From positions 58,590,001-58,654,000 of the forward strand of contig NW_026262723.1 of the NCBI RefSeq assembly GCF_021869535.1: a stretch of 64,000 bases of DNA. Reading direction: 5' to 3'. Below the pieces are notes generated by a model. It made no database searches. It saw nothing but the letters and a program-made list of their open reading frames with translations, and was not told the origin of the DNA. Made by a program: the position numbers and the translations under genes. Origin of the DNA: Mytilus californianus. Lineage: Eukaryota. Shown in pieces: positions 39,101-49,581 of the stretch (the stretch's first letter is position 1; each line of letters begins with the position of its first letter).

Positions 39101-42100
39101 ATTTGGACCAACTTGAAAACTGGGCCAAAAATCAAAAATCTAATTACGTTTAGATTCAGCATATCAAATAACCTCATATATTCAATTTTTGCTAAAATCA
39201 AACAAAGTTTAATTTTGGACCCTTTGGACCTTAATGTAGACCAATTTGAAATCTGGACCCAAAATTAAAAATCTAAATACACTGTTAGATTCGGCATAAC
39301 AAATAAATAAATGTGATCAAAGATTTTACAAATCTAATGCGCCATACTGTGCAATTAAAGATTACTTCTTGAAATTTTTCAATATTTGAAATTTGAAAAA
39401 AAAATAATATTTGAGGAATAATTCTTTTTAATTTCTGAAATCTGAAATGAGAAAAAATTGACCCCCCACAATTTCTTTTTATCCCCTCCCTTTTTTCCCC
39501 AAAAAAATTCTTTCCCTCAAGATATGGTCATAATCTCAATTCAAATTTCCAATGGAGTTGGCAACCATAATTACCCATTTAAATTTACCATAGTGCTAAC
39601 TTAATCTATTTTATAATAGAATTAAAAATATAGTGTCAAATCTTTCATATGGATTTTTTTGTAAAAAAAAAAGATGCAACATTTGCAGATATTTTTACTG
39701 GTCTTCCTTTATAAATATGTATTTCTTTAAACATAATTTAAAAGCAGTGTAAGGGAAGTAACCAAAACGTTGTATTTGGATTACCTCCCTTACACTGTTT
39801 TAAATTATCTTTATTGTTCATTAACCATTACTTTATACATAATTTAAAAGCAGTGTAAGGGAGATAATTTCAATGATGTATTTGATTTATCTCCCTTACA
39901 CTGCTTTAAATTATGTTTTGTACTAAAGTATTTGTCCATTAACCAGGACAACCTTGTTTTTCCCCCTTTTTTGCCCCTAATTCCTAAACAGTTTGAGCCA
40001 TAACCCCCCAAAGCAAATCCTAACCATCCCTTTGTGGTATGGAAACTTGTAGTATAATTTCAGAGAGATCCATACACCGTTCCACAGTTATTGTCTGGAA
40101 ACTAGAAAATGCTTATTTTTGGCCCCTTTTTGGCCCCTAATTCCTTAACTGTTGGTACCATAACCCCCAAAATCAATCCCAACCTTCCTTTTGTGGTATT
40201 TAACCTTATGGTCAAATTTGAAAAAGATCCATTCACTTAAACTAAAGTTAGAGTGCGAAAACCAATGTGTCTTCGGACGACGACGACGACGACCACGACG
40301 ACGACGCCAACGTCATACCAATATACGACCACAAAATTTTTTTGCGGTCGTATAAAAATGTCTAAACCATTGAAACTAAATAAAGTTATTTCATGCCATC
40401 TCCTTATCAATTATATATTTTCAATCTCACTTCATTATTAAATCATGTAAATTCCAGAATGTTTATAATAAAAACTTAGAAATTAGATTTGACAAACTTT
40501 TCAAACGGGCATGCATACCCTAAATTTTTTTAATTTCTTTTAATGCTTTAATATATAAAAACATAGCTATCAATTCTAAATAAAAACAAGCTGTAATGGA
40601 GGGGAGGACATAGTAAATTCTATATCATCAAAAAATCAGATATATGAATTCCAAGAACTCATAGTTTTGAAACAAGTACCTGTACAGTAAATCTTAAATC
40701 CTTTAATATATTTCAATTTTGAATCTATTAGGGAGCTACCATTTGATTTTTATGGGGGCTAGGATGAAAAATTTTGTCCTGCCTTTTTATTTTTCACTCT
40801 ATTCGGTACTGCCATTTTTTTTATTAGTTTATCCTGACTTTTTTTTTGCCAAGTTGCTCATCCTGCCTTTTTTTTTTTACTCAACTCCTGTCCTGCCTTT
40901 TTTTCAAATTTCATCCTAGCCCCCCCCCCTAAAAATCAAATGGTACCTCCTTTAGCATGCCAAATACAAAAATTAACTGTTTATAGAACACTCTCAGTTA
41001 TTTCTAATTGACCATAAGTATCACTGAACCAGTATTTGTTTTCTCTAATAATAAAATTTGGTCCTCAAAAATATAAATGAATGTAGTCAGATTTTTAATA
41101 CACATGAAATAATATATATTTTACCTGTCTTCTGGTGAAACACACTTTTGTCCCATGGGACTAAGGATAAGACCACCAAATTTCTGTTTCAGCTTCAGAG
41201 TACGGACCATTCCAAATCTGCTTAGTTTTCTTCCAGTACATTTTTTGGGATCACAGTGTTCCAGATCCCACATGGCCAATGGACAAGGAAACTTGGAGTC
41301 GATTGCTTCATCTGGGGTTTCTGAAAAACATTAGTAGAAAATTCCACAACTCAAAGAAGCGAAGCAATAATCATATCTAAGTTATTTTCCAGATAATCCC
41401 AGAGTTTGGCAAATTAACAATTAACAAATCTGGTAACCATGGTACCATAACCATTTATCCACCTTGTCAATACCTCAAAGTATTGATCATTTCATGCCTG
41501 CAATTGGTACCATATAATATTAGGTTTTCAGTAAATAATTTGTTTTGCTCATTTCACCTGTAAAAATGCTAATTTGTTAAAAACTATTTGGCATCACCCT
41601 AAAATTCCTAATATGCAATAAAATTGGACTAAAGCAATCATTGAAGACACCTATATGCATGTTTATTATTTATTTCATTTATTAAATCTTATAAAGAAAC
41701 AGATGATTATAAAAGTGACAGAAACACCCTCCGTCATGTCCATACAAGAATTTAAAATAACTGAAATCAGAAGAAATAAGGTTAAAATTTTAAACACCTG
41801 AATTTTTATCTGACCTTTGTTTTGATAAAATGTATTAAGATCTGATTTTTACATGATTATAGTTAATTCTGGGGTGAAGCATACAGAAATTAGGCATAGG
41901 TAACATGAAGATTTCAAAACTGTAAGTCTTTATGTTTCATGTCAAGGTGACAATTTAGCATTATTCCTTTGAAACCTTTTCTTTTCTTATTGAATTCACC
42001 AATTGCACTGATATGACTGAGAAAAGTACTGCAATTCAGCATGTTCAAACAATTAAAAAAAAAACTACTGGTACAACTCATCACCATTGTATTACTTGTA

Positions 42101-42835
42101 TCACTACAAAAAGTTAAACTTCAATATACAATGATATAGATTGTTAAAATGTCAATTCTACAAATTTTGTACTGTATATAATCCTTTATAACAATAATCA
42201 AAATATAACTGTGATAACTGGCACATGTGCTGCAATGGATGCAACAAATTCTGCCATATGTCATCATTGAAGATGTTCAATAACTGTCAAGATGAAGAAC
42301 ATGGCAGTATAATTAGTTTGTTGATTGTGGCCATTATCTGGCAGAAGCAGAAACAACAATTAAAGTCCTGTTCCTTTGATATATTTAGTACTTTTTTTCT
42401 GATTTATGAGATTGTTTCTTATATAATGTTAAACCATCTTATAATTTTTTCCAATTTATATATATTAGTCAAAATTTTACTTCCATTTGTTACATTGTAA
42501 TTTTGTAATTATGTTCGATCATTGTACATCTACCTCCGATTATCAATACCATACAGTGTATTCTAGATTTGCACCACAGGAGATTGATAGGTGCACGCTG
42601 GATTACTGATAGCAGCTCTTCATTTTTAATTCCACATTCTCCATATGATTATTATGAAAGACACATGTACATGTAGATTACCCTTTTCATCTTGCTCCCC
42701 TTGAAACCCATAAGCATATCCATCATCAGCATCAGGAAGATAATCAATTTCCGACTTCTGTCGATCTTTATGTCTTTCTTTTCTTTTGTTTTCAGATTTA
42801 TCGCCGTGGTTCTTCTGTCTATATGATTTACCCAT
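33180..42835 (-). CDS. TSR3: 18S rRNA aminocarboxypropyltransferase TSR3 (about 347 aa, acidic low-complexity C-terminus)
   Basis: Minus-strand exons 42835-42682 (ATG), 41320-41125, 36251-36058, 35113-34934, 34675-34606, 33429-33180 (TAA); phases consistent, 1044 nt total. Diagnostic motifs: [76 protein letters not shown], and a Ser/Glu-rich tail. Confidence 0.95.
35605..36095 (-). repeat. Tandem duplication of the TSR3 exon-3 3' end plus donor and intron start (about 146-187 bp units)
   Basis: The exon-3 tail TGTGTTGAAGCTTTTGCTGC.GCATTTTATCTGACAG is repeated at 35762-35725 and 35907-35871, downstream of the true copy ending at 36058. Confidence 0.85.
36955..40358 (-). mobile_element. 3.4-kb HINE-type element in TSR3 intron 2
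   Basis: 5' hairpin TACGACCACAAAA...TTTTGCGGTCGTA (40324-40352); (CGA)n microsatellite at about 40277-40306; matching subterminal TACGACCGCA at 36981-36990 next to a short GC-rich terminal stem; large internal tandem array. Confidence 0.75.
37150..39310. repeat. Satellite array of 126/136-bp monomers (about 17) with higher-order units of 398 and 525 bp
   Basis: The TAGATT anchor recurs at 37181, 37307, 37443, 37579, 37705, 37841, 37977, 38103, 38230, 38366, 38502, 38628, 38755, 38891, 39027, 39151, 39285. Near-identical ORF-track starts at 37538, 37936 and 38461 confirm 398- and 525-bp periods. Confidence 0.9.
40731..40951. mobile_element. PIF/Harbinger MITE, copy 2 (opposite orientation, in TSR3 intron 2)
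   Basis: Same TIRs and internal motifs, reversed relative to 23795-24021; TTA on both sides (40728-40730, 40952-40954). Confidence 0.85.
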
Positions 42836-42859
42836 TTTCAAAAAATAGCAAACACAATC

Positions 42860-42975
42860 AGCATGTTTTTATTTCATCTACCATTTTGTACATCACGTGA
42901 TTAAAAATATGTTATTCCGGAACTGAAATGTGTCCGGTCGGATTTTGAATATTAGAATCTAAGCGGGAAGTTGAA
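42860..42975 (-). promoter_or_regulatory. Putative TSR3 proximal promoter
   Basis: CpG-containing patch just upstream of the TSR3 ATG, with E-box CACGTG (about 42893-42898), CCGGAA and GCGGGAA (E2F-like) motifs. Confidence 0.4.
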
Positions 42976-43652
42976 AATCAAAATAAAAAACAAAGAAATT
43001 TGCAAACGATTTTGGTGAGATTTTACAGTTATTGCTCGTCGAACTTGACATAAATACTACTAGAGTAATTTATAAATAGAACAATGAGGACTGTTTACTC
43101 ATTTCCTAATTTACATCATAATAATACATAGGACAATGTAGGAACAGGACTGGAATGACATTTTTTTTATATTAGCCATAATCATGATTCATAATGTCTC
43201 CGAATGACCCAAGATTTGATTTCGAATAACCTTTTTATGTCGTGCAACAATCACTTTTAAATTATGACTTCACCATTTGTTCACAAGATGTATTGTTTTA
43301 CATGTATAAAGTGTCGTCAAATCATGTTTTCATACGTCATATGAATTCGAACTATGCAGGCTTTTTCAATGGAAATCATGACGTCACAATGCATTCCTAA
43401 TAGCACGAAAACCCATGAAACTTGGATAATGGTGGAAAAATTTGCATGTCTATTACACTTGATTATATAAGCACTAACCCTTTGTCTTTGACAGTATCGT
43501 TTTTAGAATGAACGTTGTAGCATATGCCTAATTTTTAAGTTGTGGAAAGAATTTCAGAGAACGTAAAACTTAATTTTGATGTTATACATGTATGTGTCAT
43601 TTTGACATTATACTGTTCTACATTTTAATTTATGGAATCCTATCAGTGTTCT

Positions 43653-44227
43653 CCCTAGGTCCTTAAGGTTCATCATAACAAATGGACAAACATGGCCATA
43701 TTAACACCCCAAAAACTACAGACTTACCTGTCCAGTTGGAAAAGTTTTAAGGCCTGGCATCCACTAGATATATAAGGTAAATGGATTTTGTGTTTCAGAA
43801 AGATATAATCTTTTTTGGTTTTGATGGCAGAAGGTGTAAAAATAAACAAACACCTGAATTGCTTTAATTGATATACTGTCCACTCAGTTAAACCCTTTAT
43901 ATCACCTATAGTTGTGTAGATATCTATTGTCTATGTCAATCAAGGACAATCAATACTTTTTAACTGAGAGGGAGCATCTCAAAGTTGTATCCCAACTTAG
44001 TATATTTTTTTACACATTCCGCAGGAATGAAAAAAAATGCCCATCAAAATCCAAAAAAGATTTTATCTTTCTGAAACTCAAAATGCATTTAACTTTTATA
44101 TATCTAGTTGATACCAGGCATTAAAACTTTTCCAACTGCACAGGTTAGTCTGTACTCAGAGTAGTTTTTGAGGTGGAAATACAGCCATTTTTGTCCATTT
44201 GTTATGATGAACCTTAAAGCACCACGG
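43653..44227. mobile_element. Foldback element with about 160-bp inverted arms between TSR3 and SPC24
   Basis: CTTAAGGTTCATCATAACAAATGGACAAA...CTGAAA region (43661-43812) is the reverse complement of 44057-44217. TCCTATCAGT is repeated directly at 43638-43647 and 44228-44237. Confidence 0.65.
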
Positions 44228-44249
44228 TCCTATCAGTCTTTGAGCAATT

Positions 44250-46175
44250 CTATATTATTGTTCCTTGGTGCTATAATTTTCAGTCAAAAAATGTGTAAAA
44301 TTGTATATAATACAATTCTAGGTGAAATTTAACCAACATGTTGATTGTTAAAACAAATGTCCCATTTGATCGATTTACCTGATGAGGTTTACCTGTTGCT
44401 GATTGGATTTATTCAATTAATTAGCATTTATAACTTGATTCTTTTGTGTTTTAATTGCTGTGGAAATAATTTATGACTTTTGACAACAATTTTATGGCTT
44501 CGCTCACCTACCAACAATGACCAAGCACTGACCAGTGATGAAATCAGAAATTTTAATTTGGACGCATCTAATGCCGACAATTGTATACATGCCGAAAAAT
44601 TGTTTATACTTAATACATGTAAAAGATTAACTGTTGGTTCATCATGTTCATTTAATAATGATAATTGATAATTATGCATATTTTTATTCTGTATGAAGCA
44701 AGTTGTCCAAGCTAGCCATCATATCCTGTGTCTTTTAATGAATTTTCCTTCTTTTTTACAATAATAAAATATTTATTTTTGACTGCCAGTTTTCTTCTAA
44801 TTTGGCTGTTAATTGAATGAGTTTAATTAATTTGGACCCTAAGGTATGATGAGTATTTTTTAAACAGCAAAAAACATTTCATAATAAATACATGAAGAGT
44901 TACTCCCTTATTTTTGGCTATTTTAAAATTCTAAGAATATTTATAAATAACAATGGATATAAGGTCAAAATAAAAACCATATTTGTTTCCCCTCGCCCCG
45001 ACCGGGTCAAAAATAAGCCGCCGGGTCAAAAAATTATTTGACCCCAAAAAATCGGATTTTTTTTTATTCCCGAAAATTATTAGTTTCCATTCCGACATTG
45101 GTTCTGATATTACCGGAAGTCTTCTCTGAACTCTCAGGAGTTATCTATCAATTTAGAGGTATGTATCGAGGGTAAACTGTCTGCTTGAAAGAAGGGTGAC
45201 AAGATCGCATTGTCGTTTTCTGTACGAATTAAGTACAAGGACGCATCAAAAGTGTTACCCACCGGCAGGAACAAAAGAGAAATCTGACTTTTGTCAGATA
45301 TAATCATGTAACATGTGCTTCACCACATGTCATGGATGCTATTTAATTTTGATTATAACTTCTATCATTCCTCGTGTGGTCCTATATTTCGGTTTTGTGG
45401 TACTATAATTTTTGGTAAGAAATCATTAATTCGGTAAAATTGTGACTTATTAAATTGTATCTGTTTGGTATAAAAATTACAGGTGATATTCAACCAGCAC
45501 ATTGATACTTACAACAGGTGATTGATTTACCTGAAGAGGGTTACCTGTTGCAGATTGGATTTAATCAATCAATTAGAACTTGTAACTTGTTTCTTTTGTG
45601 ATTAAATAATAAGGGGATAATTTATGACTCCTGACAACAATTTTATGGCTCCACTCACTACCCAAGCGTAGACCAGTGATGCAGTCAGAAATTTTAATTG
45701 GGACATTTACAATGCCGATACGGCGATAGTTGTACACATGCCAAAAAATTGTTTATACTTGATTATAAAAGATTAACTGTTGGTCCATTAATTAATTATA
45801 ATTGACAATTATGCATATTTTTATTATCTATTAAGCAATGTGTCCAAGCTAGCATATCATATATCCTGTCTCTTTTAATGAGTCTTCCTTCTCTTTTACA
45901 ACAAACAACTTTCATTTTGACCGCTGGTTTACCTCCAGTGTGGCAGTTGATTTAATATAAGTTTTATACACCAGCCACACTTACTTTGGACAATCACTGT
46001 TTTTAGTACATTTGAAAAGGTTTTGTAATTTCACCAAAAGGTATGATGAGTATTTTTTAAACAGCAAAAACAATGTTTTCATTATAAATCCAAAAAGAGT
46101 TACTGCTATTTTTGCTTATTTCGAAATTCTCATGTTAAAAATATATTTACTCTTAGGAATATTTATAAGTAAACA
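44250..46175. repeat. Two diverged direct copies of a roughly 700-800 bp segment (44250-44955 and 45380-46175)
   Basis: Collinear blocks such as GATTTACCTGA, GACAACAATTTTATGGCT, CAGAAATTTTAATT, AAAAGATTAACTGTTGGT, GTCCAAGCTAGC and AGGTATGATGAGTATTTTTTAAACAGCAAAAA occur in both; identity looks like 70-80 percent by eye. Confidence 0.8.
45110..45164 (+). promoter_or_regulatory. Putative SPC24 promoter and non-coding first exon
   Basis: ETS-type CCGGAAGT at about 45113-45120 in a locally CpG-richer patch, followed by donor AG|GTATGT at 45159. The first coding exon of SPC24 starts with an acceptor (49561) 20 nt before the ATG, so an upstream non-coding exon is required. The assignment is inferred. 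Confidence 0.5.
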
Positions 46176-49100
46176 AATAATTGCCATAAACTATAAACTG
46201 GAATGTAAGGTTATATCTTCAATACTCCCAATAAGATCAAGCCAGTATTTGTATTCATTGTATCTTACCAGACCTACAATGTATTATATCCGACCGTGCA
46301 AGACCCTCATGGGTAGTTCAGAGCATTAAAAACCACCCTCGTCCAGACCTACCGAGGAAAACCCTCATATGTAGTCAAAGTCTTTAAAAATCCCCCTCGT
46401 GGTCCAGACATTTTCAGCTAGACAAGTTCGTTGAAACCAGACTAGTGTTATAAGTACATGTAGAAATAAAAATTGACAATTCTCTTCATGCTTATGACTG
46501 AATGGAGAATATAATTTCTTTCACTGCAATAATGTCAACAAGAGAAAAGAAAAACTCCAATGGATAAAAGATAATCAAAAATGAAAGAACCCTATGATAA
46601 CTAACCTTAAGAAGTATAGATGAAAAAGAGTTGCAACACGATGCATATTATTATCGATGCAAATATCTAGTTTGTCGGTGCTATTTACAAATCCTGGAGA
46701 GAACACTGAATACAAATATAAATATGGGATATAACTTCATTTATAAAACAAATAAAGACACAAACTATGGATGATAGATATTTATTCACATAAATATTTC
46801 AGGACATTTGATTTATTTAAAAACAAATATTGGGTTAAAAAACTGAAAAATAAATATGAGCATTACATGTATAAATAAGGAGATGTGGTATGATTGCCAA
46901 TAAGACAATTCTCCGCCAAAAGTTCAAATAAAGTGGATGAAAGCAACTATAGGCAACAGTACGGCTGTCAGATAAGTTTTTTACACATTCATTGCAGTGA
47001 TGTACTTGATAAAAATCACTCCAACCCGTTTATATATAGCAGTGGTTAGGTCTTTTAACATCTCAGGATTAGGTCAACTCATTTTTGCAGAATATTCAAT
47101 GAATATACATTTATCGTCTAATTGAATATATCAGGTATGGGATGTTTTTTGCTGACATTATGGGTATCCGATTTGCCGGAGTCTTCTGTATCAACATGTT
47201 ACAAATGTAGTAATAAAAGCTTTAATAACTGTCAAATCAGAAAATAGTAAATATACACTTTATTAAATGCTACATTAGTTTAATGCACTAAATGTGCATG
47301 TTTTGAATAGTGCTTGAAAGCAAAAGGATTGATAATCTAAATAAATACACTCAAATTGAGCACAAACAGCTGATAAGTGGCCTCCAGATTACAAGTCAAA
47401 CCATCCATGACATCCAGTTGGGGAAAAAAAAGTACCTGCCTGCCTAGTCTGTTTTCAAAGAGTAGACCCGGGGAAGGGGAAACAGACATTCTTTTAAATG
47501 TGGCCTAACAAACTGTAAAAATGGAATGTAATTTCATAAAAATCAAATTCTGTATACATACAGAAATGATACATTGTAAATGAGAGATAATACCTTAAAT
47601 ACTAATAATGATTTGAAATCAGTATTAAATACTCTATCCTTGACTGAAAGTAGAATATATATTTGCTTTCTCTACTTCACTGTCCAGCTGTAATTAGAGA
47701 AGATAGTTGAATGAAAACGAATAGAACTATTTCATGCTAGGATTTAGTACTGTCTATATAGACATTGAAAAATTAACTATCCATGAGGATAGAGGAAATG
47801 TGTTGTGACACGATCAAATTATGTTTGATGTATATATCTAATTTGTCTCCTTGCTGACCCTGGTGTTATCCAAAAATCCTTGGGAGAACACATCCTATAA
47901 TATATTTTGTATTAGTATAATTTCAAGTTTGTAATTATTCTTTAGTTTGTTTGGAAAACTCTCTTTTTCATAATCTAATGAGTGACACATGTGTCCCTAT
48001 TGCAAAAAAGATAAAACTTGTATTAAGATAATTAATATATGTATTTAATTATTTTCGTGTAATAGAAAAATCAACAGCTGCAATATATGATTTTGCAAGA
48101 CATAAATATTCAAAATAATACATAATATTAATCCCAGTTTTCAAAAATCTAAAAATATCTCCAAAAAAAATTAAACTCGAATATCAAGGGAAGAAGTCCT
48201 GGCTTATTCCCAAATACAATGTATTTAAGTTTTCTTAAATGGTCTACAGTCTGTCAAGCAGTATGGGTGCTTGTCCATTGTTGTGATTTTTTTCTCGTTC
48301 AAAGTCTAAAGCTCAGTAAACATATGCATGGTAAAAGGATAGTGTAAAACGTTATTGCAAGAAGTTCTAAAATAATTGTGAATGCATGTTTCACAGTAAT
48401 CAGGGTAATGAAAAGCTAATGTCCAATGGCAATGCTTAAACAGTGCATTTTTTCCAATAATTGTTAATTTAACAAATAACTATTCTACAGCAAAAAAAAA
48501 AAGGCATAAATAAGCAAACGTTGAAAAAATCATGAAAATAATCCATCATTTACTAATACACTGTAGATATTTTGGGTTTTTAGAGTTACTTCCCCTGTTA
48601 TATGCAACGTTTGAACTCAGATGTACCTTTTGCCTTATAAAGAGGTCAAATTGACTTCATTTTGTTTTTATACCATTTTTACTCTAATTCTTTAATTAAG
48701 ATGTTTATCTTAGCGTAATACTAACCCAATTGACTGTTTAACATGCAAATCAACTAGAATATATCACCTGTATGAAATACTTATTTTAAAATTATAGAAA
48801 AACCAATTCTAACAAATGACTTTTACACATGAGAACACACACTGTGTGTATAAACCTTATAAATGTGAACTTTTGGGAATCCTGCATTAAGCAGGATAGT
48901 AAACAAGCAAATGCATCTTATTCTCATATATTATCCCTGTACTAGCCAAAGTTTAAAAGATATTATGCCATAACACTTAATAGAAAGTATAATAAGTTAT
49001 TTTCACAGCAAATGGTTATTTTGAATAAGGTGGTGATATAGGAATGCCAATGAGAAAACTATCATGTCCACCAAAAGACAAAGATGTTAATTAACAACTG

Positions 49101-49581
49101 TAGGTCACTAATCAGCCTTTAATGATGAGCAAAACCCATACCATGAAGAAGTTTTTAAAAAGGCACTGGAAAGCAAATATGAAATAGTAAAACGGAGAAA
49201 AACTGAAGTAATATCTCAGCCCTTCCTCCATTTTATTTTAGTCAGTGAAATTACAAAAGGTACATGTACATGAAAAAACATACAATGAAAATCAATAAGC
49301 GCAATAATAACAGTATAAAACCATGACATAAAGTACAAACATAACATTTCTAAATAAAAAAGACAGTTACATATTTATCACCAATAAACACTAATTATAT
49401 AAGTTATTGCTAAAAAACTTAGACTTCCTTTCACTTGCAATTGATATCTCTCATTCCAATCCACTAGGATTCACTGGAGTAAACCTTGATTTTTTTATGT
49501 GATCTCATATCATGAAAGAACCTATAAATAAAAATATGTAATTCTAAATTTGTACTTTCAGGTCATTGAGTGTTTGACAAG

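Noticed and set aside
43644-46708. Possible 3-kb hAT-like element enclosing the SPC24 promoter (CAGTGTTCTCCCTAGG ... CCTGGAGAGAACACTG)
   Set aside because: Only 16 bp of imperfect inverted match, and the 8-bp flanks (AATCCTAT versus AATACAAA) do not form a TSD; more likely two independent fragments.
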